In this document: positions 44,393-53,657 of the stretch, piece by piece
How the letters are laid out: every line of letters begins with the position of its first letter
Position numbering within the stretch: the first letter of the stretch is position 1
Origin: Halothermotrichaceae bacterium
GTDB taxonomy: Bacteria > Bacillota > Halanaerobiia > Halanaerobiales > DTU029
DNA: 64,000 nucleotides
Reading direction: 5' to 3'
Assembly (NCBI GenBank): GCA_048623215.1
Contig: JBMCBT010000001.1
Span: 8,409-72,408, forward strand
Translations under genes and position numbers: made by a program
The notes under the pieces: model-generated
What the model saw: the letters and a program-made list of their open reading frames with translations, nothing else
Database searches by the model: none
Told to the model about the DNA's origin: nothing

Positions 44393-46537
44393 TTAATCTA
44401 CTTTAAATTCATTTAATACCTGATTTAGATTACCAACAACTTCTTCCAGTTCTGCTGCTAAATTGGCCAGCTGGTCTGCAGAAGCTGTCTGCTGCTGACT
44501 GATAGCTGAAACTTCTTCTGTAGAAGCAGCTGACTGGTCAGCAATTGAAGCCATACTCATAATTTCCTGCATTGTATTTTCTTTGTTTTTATCTATATCA
44601 TCTATCGCATTATTTATTTTATTAATATTTTCTATTATCAATTCCTGTGCATCCAGGATACTATTAAAGACTTCTTCAGTATCACTAACCGTTGACTGCT
44701 GTTCTTTAAAGATTTCATCAGCTTTATTAACCTCTTTGGCTGTGCTCTGAGTCTTAGTAAGTATTTTATTAATTATATCTTCAATAACTGTTGTTGATTT
44801 ATTTGTCTGGTCAGCAAGGTCTCTTATCTCTTCAGCAACTACTGCAAAACCACGGCCGTGCTCTCCCGCACGCGCTGCCTCTATAGAAGCATTAAGTGAA
44901 AGCAGATTAATCTGTTCACTGATCTCATGTATAACACTAACAATATCTACTATCTCTTCTACCTTATTATTTAATTCCTGAATATCTTCTCTGATTAATT
45001 CTGATACCTCTGCTGTTTTAAGAGTCTTTCTATTTAACTGTTTGATAGTATCTGTAGCATTACTGCCGTGTTCTTTAACTTCACGGGTAGTATTTAGTAT
45101 GTCGGTAATACGCTGTGAAGCATTATTGATCTTGTCAGCAAGTTTTTCCATAGCATCAATGCTTTTCTGTGCCTCAGTTGACTGTTTCACTGCACCTTCA
45201 GAAATTCCTTCTATAGCATTGGATACTTCCTGGGTAGAAGATAATGATTCTTCAGAAACCCTTTTTACAATATTAGTATTTTCTACAACTGTCTGCCCGG
45301 TCTTACGGCTTTCAATAATCAGCTGTTTAACATTTGCTATCATAGAATTAAATGCCTGTGATAATTTTCCTAACTCATTTTCACCTTTAATTCCAGATTT
45401 TACTGTCAGGTCACCTTCTTTAACCTTTTCCATAAGCCCCATAATATATTGTAATGGTTTTGATACACTACGGGCAATGAAGTAACTTACTATAATGGCA
45501 ATAATTACACAAAGAAGTCCTACTAAAAGAACATTAAATCTAATTTCTTCAATTTCTCCTATTAAATCCTGGCGCGGCATATCCATAGCCAGTACCCAGC
45601 CATTGCTTAATACTTTAGTAGAAACCAGATTATCACCATAAGTAAAATAATCTTTAGGATCTGCTTCTGCTTCTCCTTCTTCATCTTCTGCTTCCTGCTG
45701 TTTATTCATCTGAGTAAAAACAGCCTCTTTATAATCATCAGTTAATACTGCTTCAGCTTCATCAATTCTTTTATTGCTAAATAAAAGATTTTGATCTTCA
45801 TTCATTAAGTAAATTGAGCTATCAGCTTCTATATTAACTTCATTAAATATATCCTCTAAAAAATCAGGGCTAATTACAAATACTAATATACCTATATCTT
45901 TAAACTTCCTCATGTTTTTTATATTACGCATCAAATACGCACCATCAATAATATTTTGGCCTGATGCTGTAGTTTCGCCAAGGTGTTTGTACCAGACTGC
46001 CTGCCCACCTGTATCTTTTACTTTCTGGTATATCTCTGTATCTTCAAATTCAACTCCACCTAAATTAGACTCTAAATGGGCAGGTGTATATTCTCCATCA
46101 AAATTATGCCGTCCATCATTCCTATGTATTATAACACCTTCAATTTCTGCATATGATTTTATAATTTGACTTATAGAATTGTTAATTAAATTCTGCTTTT
46201 CTACTTTTTCAGATACACTGTCAAATTCTGATATAGCAAGAGCATCCATCACATCCTGATTACTCACTATTTGTTTTGTTGCATTCTCCATAGCCAACAT
46301 CTGTGAGTTTACATTAAGTTTAATCTGATTTACCAATTGATTACTGAAAATACCTGCTCTGGTCTCCAGTGCATTCCGTGATCTATCATATGTATAATAA
46401 CCAACTATACCAAGTGGAATAATACTTAAGATTAAAAACCAGATAATCAATTTTGTACCTATCTTCATTCTGTAACGTCTGTTAAATGATTTTATCACTG
46501 AAAAATTTTTCAGTTTATTTACTAATTTTTTCTTCAT
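44393..46537 (-). CDS. Methyl-accepting chemotaxis protein (extracytoplasmic Cache-like domain, HAMP, MA domain)
   Basis: Two TM helices flank a ~300-aa sensor domain. HAMP region ([18 protein letters not shown]). Conserved hairpin tip [36 protein letters not shown]. Confidence 0.85.
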   Translation of the reverse strand: MKKKLVNKLKNFSVIKSFNRRYRMKIGTKLIIWFLILSIIPLGIVGYYTYDRSRNALETRAGIFSNQLVNQIKLNVNSQMLAMENATKQIVSNQDVMDALAISEFDSVSEKVEKQNLINNSISQIIKSYAEIEGVIIHRNDGRHNFDGEYTPAHLESNLGGVEFEDTEIYQKVKDTGGQAVWYKHLGETTASGQNIIDGAYLMRNIKNMRKFKDIGILVFVISPDFLEDIFNEVNIEADSSIYLMNEDQNLLFSNKRIDEAEAVLTDDYKEAVFTQMNKQQEAEDEEGEAEADPKDYFTYGDNLVSTKVLSNGWVLAMDMPRQDLIGEIEEIRFNVLLVGLLCVIIAIIVSYFIARSVSKPLQYIMGLMEKVKEGDLTVKSGIKGENELGKLSQAFNSMIANVKQLIIESRKTGQTVVENTNIVKRVSEESLSSTQEVSNAIEGISEGAVKQSTEAQKSIDAMEKLADKINNASQRITDILNTTREVKEHGSNATDTIKQLNRKTLKTAEVSELIREDIQELNNKVEEIVDIVSVIHEISEQINLLSLNASIEAARAGEHGRGFAVVAEEIRDLADQTNKSTTVIEDIINKILTKTQSTAKEVNKADEIFKEQQSTVSDTEEVFNSILDAQELIIENINKINNAIDDIDKNKENTMQEIMSMASIADQSAASTEEVSAISQQQTASADQLANLAAELEEVVGNLNQVLNEFKVD

Positions 46538-46696
46538 ACCAGCACCCCTTTCAAAAAATATATACCCTGATAATCACATACAGCTGTCAATTAACATAAA
46601 TTGTTATATAGATATAGTTTGACAAATTATCAAAAAATCCTTCAATCTACATAAATTTTTTTTAATATTTTTAATATTATAGCTAACAGCTGTAAA

Positions 46697-47122
46697 TCAG
46701 CTATTTTTAGTACTATTTTTTCCCTCGGCTGCATTTTTTTTGCTATCCTGTTTTGTGGGGCTCATAGATAATACTTTTTCTAAAACATCTAATACCTTAA
46801 TTTTAGTTATAGGTTTTATTATATAATGTTTTGCACCATTTTCTATTGCTTCAAAAACTTTTTTTCTCTGGTCAAAAGCACTTACGATGATTATTTTTGC
46901 ATTCTTACTATTTTTAGTAATCTTTTTAGTTGTTTCAATGCCATCCATAACAGGCATTGAAATATCCATTGTTATTATATCAGGATTATATTTAGTAAAA
47001 CTCAATACTGCCTGCCTTCCATTAGCGGCTTCAGCTACTACTTCATGTCCTGCCTTTTCAAAAATTCTTCTTAAATTGTTACGCATAACAAAAGAGTCGT
47101 CCACTACCAATACAGTTGCCAT
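46697..47122 (-). CDS. CheY-like single-domain response regulator
   Basis: VLVVDDS, phospho-acceptor in IITMDISMP, IVSA, and a conserved Lys in the YIIKPI motif, 141 aa. Confidence 0.85.
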   Translation of the reverse strand: MATVLVVDDSFVMRNNLRRIFEKAGHEVVAEAANGRQAVLSFTKYNPDIITMDISMPVMDGIETTKKITKNSKNAKIIIVSAFDQRKKVFEAIENGAKHYIIKPITKIKVLDVLEKVLSMSPTKQDSKKNAAEGKNSTKNS

Positions 47123-47136
47123 TAAGATCCCTCCTG

Positions 47137-49863
47137 TTAATTCAGTTCCAATAAACCTAGAGTTATATTGCCTCTATCAGAAAATAGCTCATATTTATAT
47201 ATACTCGATTCAGTACAAATAGATGCTATCTGTGATGAAATTGTAAGGGGTGTTTCCATAAAAACAACTTCATCATCACCAAATAACATCTTAATGGAAT
47301 TACCGAGTATAATGTTTGACACCTCGGCAATAGAATCGATTAAATATTCTTCTTTATATTCCATTTCATTATCTATTAAAATATTATCAAAAACTGTGCT
47401 GGCGAATTTTTCATCTGCACTTAATATGAACATATAATGTATAAGCCCTTTTACTCTAATAGAAATAGTAAAATAATTTAAGTTAAGTTTCTCTGTAAAA
47501 GTAATTTTGGTTTCTTTAAAGATATCAAAATTCACATTTAAATCAGATATTAAATACTCTTTTGTTCTTTTTACCAGATAATTCATCGTCTTTACAGGTG
47601 AAATATCAAGAGCTGAATCTATTTTATTGTATGGTAGCGTAAACTCAAAAGTAGTGCCTTTATTTTTTTGAGTAATAACTTCTACCCTACCCCCAAGTTT
47701 ATCCAGTTCATTTTTAACAGCAGCCAGTCCAACTCCTCTTCCTGAAAGCTTACTTACTTCATTTCGGGTAGTAAATTTATCTTTAAATATTAACATAACT
47801 GCCTCTTTATCTGTAATAGATTCATATTCTGTCTTATTAATAAAGCCTTTCTTTAATGCTGTACTCTTAATTTTATCACTATCAATCCCGGCTCCATCAT
47901 CTTTTATTTTTAAAATAATGCTGGAATTGTTTTCTTTAACATTACAAGCAATATTTCCTTCATCTTCTTTTTCATTAACCATTCTTTCAAATGTAGATTC
48001 AATTCCATGATCCATTATATTTCTAAATACATGAACCAGAGATTTAACAAAATCACAATAAACATCAGGGTCAACTAACATGTCGCCCCCCTCAATCACA
48101 AGAGGATTAATAGGCTTTTCTAACTTTAAAGATAATTTTTTCAAATAATCTTTATAACTTTCCAGAAGATTAGAAAATGGTTTATAACGCAACTTTCTCA
48201 GTTCTGGTATTAAAACCTGACATTCCCTTTGTGATAGAAACTGTACCATCTTTTTTTCGATCTCGACTAATTTGGATGATTCTATCATTAAAATACCTTC
48301 TTTATTGAAAAACTGATCCCCTAAAACATCTTTTAGCAGATTAAATTCCTTTTTAATCCAGTCCAGCATATTTTCTTTCCTGAAAGTATTCTTCAAGCTT
48401 GATTTGCTAATAGACTCACCTTGCTTATTTAAATAGTGTAACTCCTCTTCAAACTTGTGTAACCGCTCTGCAGCCTCCAACATATTAAGCTGGCTAAAAT
48501 CACCTTTAAAAGTATGTATTCTTTTAAATATTTTAGATAAAGCAGCCTCCGTATTATCTGAATTTTCTATGATATTATAGATATTTTCCTTGCAAAACTT
48601 TCTATATTCTCTAATACATGTGAAAAAATCATCATATGAGACCACTGCTTTAACAACCATCTTTAATGTACGTCTTTCTTCTTCCATCTTATTTTCCAGT
48701 GTGCGTTTTTCAGTAATATCTGTAATAATCACCATATAACTAAGGTCTTCAATATTATTAATGATTTTAACCTCAATTTTTAAATTCTTATTATTTACAC
48801 TAATTTCATCCGGAAATAAAGATAAATAAACATCTCTTTCTTCTTCTTCCACACCTGCAACTCGTTTTAATATTTTAATTATTAATTCTCTTTGTTCTTC
48901 ATTATCCGGGTATAATAAATCGGGAAAATAAGTATTATTAAGGTCATCAAAAAAAATCCCCTTACATTCTGAACTATAATCCTGTCTAATTATTAAATCT
49001 TTACCAAAAGAAATAAATTCCTGACCTGCATTATTTAATATAGATTTTATGTGTGCTGTACGTTTAGCCAGCTTCTTATTAATAACTTTTAACTTGTCAT
49101 TATTATCTTTTATTTTTTGCTGGTTAAGATAGTTTTTAAGTTTAGACTTTAAAAACATATTACTAATAATCAACCCGAAAATTAACATTACTGATATATT
49201 AATATAATAACTCAATAACAATCTATAAGAAAAATAGTTAGGTGCCAATATAATGAAAAATACATATGGTATCAGATAAATAATAAACATTTTTAAAGGT
49301 TTTATTAATAAAATCAAGGAAATAAGAAAAATTGTTATTAAATATGCTATCAGATGATGGTCTAAAAATGATAAGCATATCCCCCAGACCATTAAAATCA
49401 TAGGCATTATATATTGATAAATAAATTTAAGTACTAGAAAAAAACGACCTCCAGGTCTTATCAGCAAAAACAGACATAAACATATCAACATAAACAAAGT
49501 AAAAGCTATATACAGTATCCTGTAATAATAACCAATACCTATAATAACAAATATAATTCCCATCAAAAACAAAACACCAGTAATAAACTTAATTCTGTGG
49601 TAATTGAGTTTATCGATTTTTTCCTGGAATTGTCTTTTGTAATTATCAGGAATATTTATTTTTACAAAGTCCATTATACTTTTTATTATTTTTTTAAAGG
49701 AACTTTTAATAGCAAAGTTTATCATTGATTCCTCCAGCCAGTAAAATATATCAAAAATTATTACTATTACCAATTTATTCTGTGTATTTATATAATTCAT
49801 CAAAATAAATATAATTCCTGCTAAATAGGATAATTTCCTTATTGGGACTGTATATTTTTTCAT
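47137..49863 (-). CDS. Membrane-anchored CheA-type histidine kinase: multi-TM, PAS-like, HPt, CheA catalytic domain, C-terminal CheC/CheX-like domain
   Basis: Residues 10-240 are hydrophobic (at least 6 TM). PAS-like end MVIITDITEKRTLE. HPt His450 in RIHTFKGDF (codon 48516-48514). CheA-type junction LRYKPFSNLL...PINPLVIEGGDMLVDPDVY. N box HVFRNIMDHGIES, G1 DDGAGID, G2 SGRGVGL. The tail contains D843-x3-E847-x2-N850-x21-P872. Confidence 0.7.
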   Translation of the reverse strand: MKKYTVPIRKLSYLAGIIFILMNYINTQNKLVIVIIFDIFYWLEESMINFAIKSSFKKIIKSIMDFVKINIPDNYKRQFQEKIDKLNYHRIKFITGVLFLMGIIFVIIGIGYYYRILYIAFTLFMLICLCLFLLIRPGGRFFLVLKFIYQYIMPMILMVWGICLSFLDHHLIAYLITIFLISLILLIKPLKMFIIYLIPYVFFIILAPNYFSYRLLLSYYINISVMLIFGLIISNMFLKSKLKNYLNQQKIKDNNDKLKVINKKLAKRTAHIKSILNNAGQEFISFGKDLIIRQDYSSECKGIFFDDLNNTYFPDLLYPDNEEQRELIIKILKRVAGVEEEERDVYLSLFPDEISVNNKNLKIEVKIINNIEDLSYMVIITDITEKRTLENKMEEERRTLKMVVKAVVSYDDFFTCIREYRKFCKENIYNIIENSDNTEAALSKIFKRIHTFKGDFSQLNMLEAAERLHKFEEELHYLNKQGESISKSSLKNTFRKENMLDWIKKEFNLLKDVLGDQFFNKEGILMIESSKLVEIEKKMVQFLSQRECQVLIPELRKLRYKPFSNLLESYKDYLKKLSLKLEKPINPLVIEGGDMLVDPDVYCDFVKSLVHVFRNIMDHGIESTFERMVNEKEDEGNIACNVKENNSSIILKIKDDGAGIDSDKIKSTALKKGFINKTEYESITDKEAVMLIFKDKFTTRNEVSKLSGRGVGLAAVKNELDKLGGRVEVITQKNKGTTFEFTLPYNKIDSALDISPVKTMNYLVKRTKEYLISDLNVNFDIFKETKITFTEKLNLNYFTISIRVKGLIHYMFILSADEKFASTVFDNILIDNEMEYKEEYLIDSIAEVSNIILGNSIKMLFGDDEVVFMETPLTISSQIASICTESSIYKYELFSDRGNITLGLLELN

Positions 49864-49951
49864 TTAGTAAAATTGATATCATTAAAAATAGTCTAAAACA
49901 ATTAATAATTATAGTTATTCAATAAAGTTTTATTTTTACTATTAAAAATAC

Positions 49952-49986
49952 AAAAACTGTTGACAAATTAAGAATCAACAGTTTTT
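49952..49986 (-). terminator. Terminator downstream of the small Cys-rich gene
   Basis: AAAAACTGTTGA, 11-nt loop, TCAACAGTTTTT: a perfect 12-bp stem. Confidence 0.6.
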
Positions 49987-50059
49987 TATATATCTAATTT
50001 TATTATTTATATCCGTGAAAACACCCTATAGCAATTAACAAAAACATAAATTAAATACA

Positions 50060-50255
50060 ACTAGGATTTATCCTGTATAAAATTCTCAACAGAGCGGTCA
50101 TAGGTTCTTTCTGCTTCAGGTGAGAATAAACACCCGGGTAATTCATTTCTTTTTCTATGATAGGCAACACAGGCACAACAATTGCCATATCTTGAACAGG
50201 AAGTATAGGTACAGGTGCAGTTTGCTTTATTTTCCTCTATATTTGAACAATTAAT
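50060..50255 (-). pseudogene. Small Cys-rich DUF6485-like gene with a non-canonical start and a frameshift
   Basis: After GGGAGGGG the minus strand reads ATT AAT TGT TCA AAT ATA GAG GAA AAT AAA GCA AAA C.. (INCSNIEENKAK). The downstream frame reads (Q)NCTCTYTSCSRYGNCCACVAYHRKRNELPGCLFSPEAERTYDRSVENFIQDKS*. The two frames join if one A is removed from the A4 run (plus-strand TTTT at 50220-50223). No ATG, GTG or TTG start is available. Confidence 0.4.
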
Positions 50256-50450
50256 AATAACCCCTCCCTTTCATCATTTGATATTTTAATTAATGTAACA
50301 ACTGTAACATAAGAATTAATAATTTTTACTACCTATGTATGTCACTTCATTAATGTAATTTATTAAAAAGTTGTTCAATCACATATATACATTATTCTAT
50401 AATTACTTATATTTTCCTGCCGATAAAATATACCATATTGCGACTGAGTT

Positions 50451-51203
50451 TTATTCAATTTCATAATCTAAGTCTTTACGGGCATGTTTCAATGCATTTT
50501 CAACTGCTTCTACATAGCGTATGCTGGACTGAGTAGCCTCTGAATATAAATCCACTTCTATTGAATTTTCCTCTACAAATCGTTCGGCCATTTCTTCATT
50601 GGCCTGAACAGCCGGTTCGTATTTATAGGTGGAAAAGTCTTTCCATTCTCCTTCGCCATCTGTTTCTTTTAATTTGACATCATTCATTTTGTCCTCTTTG
50701 ATAGTAACTATAGCTACAGCATAACCATATTCAGTTCGTTCAGATTCTCCCTGGAATTTACCTTCATAAGAGTTACTCCCGGTTTCACTACCTCTAGCAT
50801 AAGCAAGAGCCCTAGCAACAGCTTCTTTATATTTTTTGCTGCTGTCAGTAGCTTTACTATAAACATCAACATCAGCAGAATCAGCTTCTTCAAACCTTGA
50901 CGGCATTTCCTGATAGGCCTGAACTGAGGGTTGATAGTCATAAGTTTCATAATCTTTTTTATTCCCCTGTGCAGTAATCTCCATTAACTTTACATCAGTT
51001 ATATCATCATTTTTTATAGTTACTTTTGCCCAGGCGTATCCATGTTCTCCTGTATTAGAAAATCCGGTATATGTTCCATTGGTATATTCATTGGCTGCTA
51101 TCTTTGGCTTAACCTCTGGTGGCTCTGGCTGACTGGTCTGACATCCAGATAAAATATACAACCCTAATAAACTACAAATAATTAAAACAATTATTTTCCT
51201 CAA
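50451..51203 (-). CDS. Lipoprotein with two tandem FMN-binding-like domains
   Basis: Lipobox LSGC. Two clearly homologous ~95-aa halves (…GYAWAKVTIKNDDITDVKL…VDVYSKATDSSKKYKEAVARAL and …GYAVAIVTIKEDKMNDVKL…VDLYSEATQSSIRYVEAVENAL) resemble the FMN_bind pattern ending in D.vsGAT.SS…Av..AL. Confidence 0.5.
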   Translation of the reverse strand: MRKIIVLIICSLLGLYILSGCQTSQPEPPEVKPKIAANEYTNGTYTGFSNTGEHGYAWAKVTIKNDDITDVKLMEITAQGNKKDYETYDYQPSVQAYQEMPSRFEEADSADVDVYSKATDSSKKYKEAVARALAYARGSETGSNSYEGKFQGESERTEYGYAVAIVTIKEDKMNDVKLKETDGEGEWKDFSTYKYEPAVQANEEMAERFVEENSIEVDLYSEATQSSIRYVEAVENALKHARKDLDYEIE

Positions 51204-51309
51204 ACATATCCCTCCTCTTTGTGCTGTATAGTGGTTAAAATGATGAAGATATTTTAAATACCCACTATTATTTTTGCATAGAGAAAGGTTTTTTATTCTA
51301 TTTATTTAC

Positions 51310-52443
51310 TTATTTAAAATATTTGTTATCAAGACACCCCAGTAAAATAGCTGAATAAGCAGCAAATAGGTCATTAATTAAAACATGAACCCAGAAAGAG
51401 ACTAAAACAGCTACAATAATCTTCTGATATTTTGTTCCTCCCTGAAACCATCCCCGTATCATAATATAAAAAATCCAGCCGTATAATATAATGCCACTAA
51501 TTATACCCCATCCGGATATTATCTTTAAATAATTACTGTGTGGTGTATTGGCATTTTCAAACTCACCAGGGAGCCTATATTTCTGATAGATATCGTCAAA
51601 ATTACCGGGCCCGGTGCCAAACCACAGATGATCCTTTATCATCTTCAATACCCCTTTATAAATTCTTATTCTATTCATATGTGTTTCCAGAGATACAATA
51701 CTTTTTACTCTATCTAAAAAACCGGGAATAATTTTAAAGGATATCCCAGTAATACCGCCGAAAATTAATAATATTTTCCAGGATACCACAAAAATTAACA
51801 GAAAAATAGCAGCAGCACTTCCTACCATAGCACCGCGAGATTTTGTTATAATTAAGCCCCCTAATGATAGAACACAATATATAATATACTCAATTCGCTC
51901 ATTTCTTTTTTTTAGAACAAATATTAGACCCAGGCTGGCAACTATACCGGCCTGAAGTAAAACGCCCAGGCCGTTATCTCCAATACCTAAAATATAGGCA
52001 CGGTCACCTCTGCCAAAACTAGATATTAGTTCCACACCCTGCCATATTACTTCTACTCTAAAAAGATAAAAAACAATCGTTAAAAACCCCATTAATGCTG
52101 TCCCCCGGGTCATATCTTTTAGTAACCTGACAGGTTTTTTAATATACCATCTACCTAAGATATAAAGCCAGAAAAAGGCAAATGGAATAAAGAAAGATGA
52201 AATAGCAGTTCCTTTATCATATGAAGATATAATACTTATAATTCCCAATACTGCCAGCACAGCCCAGGTGTAAAGATTAAACTTATCTGTTTTAATAAAT
52301 CTAAAGTTTTTTCTCCTGGTTATACTCAACCCTATTATACCTATAAGGTTAAAAATAGGGTTTATATTTAATGTAAACCCAAAAAACCTTTCCCAGAGAC
52401 TATTTTTATCAACATCACCCTTGAAGTCAACATTATTACTCAT
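51310..52443 (-). CDS. O-antigen ligase / polymerase family (Wzy_C-like) membrane protein
   Basis: Polytopic protein with a loop containing TKSRGAMVG and TPHSNYLKIISGWGIISG, typical of O-antigen ligase-like proteins. Confidence 0.6.
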   Translation of the reverse strand: MSNNVDFKGDVDKNSLWERFFGFTLNINPIFNLIGIIGLSITRRKNFRFIKTDKFNLYTWAVLAVLGIISIISSYDKGTAISSFFIPFAFFWLYILGRWYIKKPVRLLKDMTRGTALMGFLTIVFYLFRVEVIWQGVELISSFGRGDRAYILGIGDNGLGVLLQAGIVASLGLIFVLKKRNERIEYIIYCVLSLGGLIITKSRGAMVGSAAAIFLLIFVVSWKILLIFGGITGISFKIIPGFLDRVKSIVSLETHMNRIRIYKGVLKMIKDHLWFGTGPGNFDDIYQKYRLPGEFENANTPHSNYLKIISGWGIISGIILYGWIFYIMIRGWFQGGTKYQKIIVAVLVSFWVHVLINDLFAAYSAILLGCLDNKYFK

Positions 52444-53638
52444 ACTTACCCACCTTTTTTCTTAAAAATTCAATAATAATGTCATTCATATTTTTAATTG
52501 CACCAGGTTCACCCATTCTTTTTTTTCCGGCTGTACTCATTCTTCTGTACATTTCTTTATTATTAATAATATTTATAATAGTTTCAGCTATTATTTCTGG
52601 ATTGTTTTCTACCAGGCTTACACTGCCCCTGAGCAGAGATTTTTGCGCCTTAGCAAATTTTTCAGTAAACTGTGTATCATTTACCGGAAATGCTACTACT
52701 GGCTTGCCCATACCAGCCGCCTGTTCATTGGCTGTTCCAGCCAGTCCAATAAAAATATCTGACTTATCTAATACATCTCCGAAATGGTGATAGATAATTT
52801 CAACTTTGCTTTTATTGGAAGGAGAATTTACTATTAACTCCACACCATTTTCCCGGGATTCAGCTGGAGAGGCCTGATAAGTCCAGTCAGTAGTCTGTAC
52901 CATATCAATTAATTTCAATACACTTAAATTAGAGGCCATTGCTGTAATATAGTTAAAACCGGTCTCCGCCTTATCTTCCAGCTCTTCAATTACTTTAAAG
53001 ACTTGCTTCATATTTACATAGGCTTCTTCACGGCTTCCCGGCAATATTCCGACAGTAATCTTTTCCTTATCAAGACCAAACTCTGCCTGCTTTATGTCAA
53101 AACAGTCCATCATAGCATTTCCAACATAGGTGGCATTGATTCCAGCTTTTCTCATAGCTTTTTCAGTCTTCTTATCCCGGGGCAGGACAATATTAGCGTA
53201 TTTTTTCATAATTAAATTTTCAATCCAGTAATGTCCATTAATATATTCAGATTTAGCTGTCGGCAAAAAAATAATATCTTTATTTACAAATAACCCTGCC
53301 AATAATAATATATATATATCACCAACAACTATTACCAGACCAGTATTAGCTTTAGCTTTCTTTAATGTCTTTATTTGTGATAATGTTAATCCCAGTAGGC
53401 CTGCTTTAAAGTCATTTTTCATATTTTCAAAATTAAACCTCAACAAGCCCCCACTGGGCATTTTTTTGCGCGGACCTATCAACTGAACATCCAGAGAGTT
53501 ATAAACACTACCTAAACCAACAATAGGCAAAACTTTAATATTAATATTTTGATTACGTTTAATTAAATTTTGTAGCAGTTTTGCTCCAATTACATCCTCA
53601 CCATGGCCGTTACTAATCAATAAAATATTATTAGTCAT
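52436..53638 (-). CDS. Lipid-A-disaccharide synthase-related glycosyltransferase (second LpxB-family paralogue)
   Basis: N-terminal ILLISNGHGEDVIGAKL, ILPGSREEAYVNM, and GLAGTANEQAAGMGKPVVAFP resemble the LpxB-related family. Overlaps the downstream gene by 8 nt. Confidence 0.55.
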   Translation of the reverse strand: MTNNILLISNGHGEDVIGAKLLQNLIKRNQNINIKVLPIVGLGSVYNSLDVQLIGPRKKMPSGGLLRFNFENMKNDFKAGLLGLTLSQIKTLKKAKANTGLVIVVGDIYILLLAGLFVNKDIIFLPTAKSEYINGHYWIENLIMKKYANIVLPRDKKTEKAMRKAGINATYVGNAMMDCFDIKQAEFGLDKEKITVGILPGSREEAYVNMKQVFKVIEELEDKAETGFNYITAMASNLSVLKLIDMVQTTDWTYQASPAESRENGVELIVNSPSNKSKVEIIYHHFGDVLDKSDIFIGLAGTANEQAAGMGKPVVAFPVNDTQFTEKFAKAQKSLLRGSVSLVENNPEIIAETIINIINNKEMYRRMSTAGKKRMGEPGAIKNMNDIIIEFLRKKVGKYE

Positions 53639-53657
53639 AATATCTTAATATCTCCTC

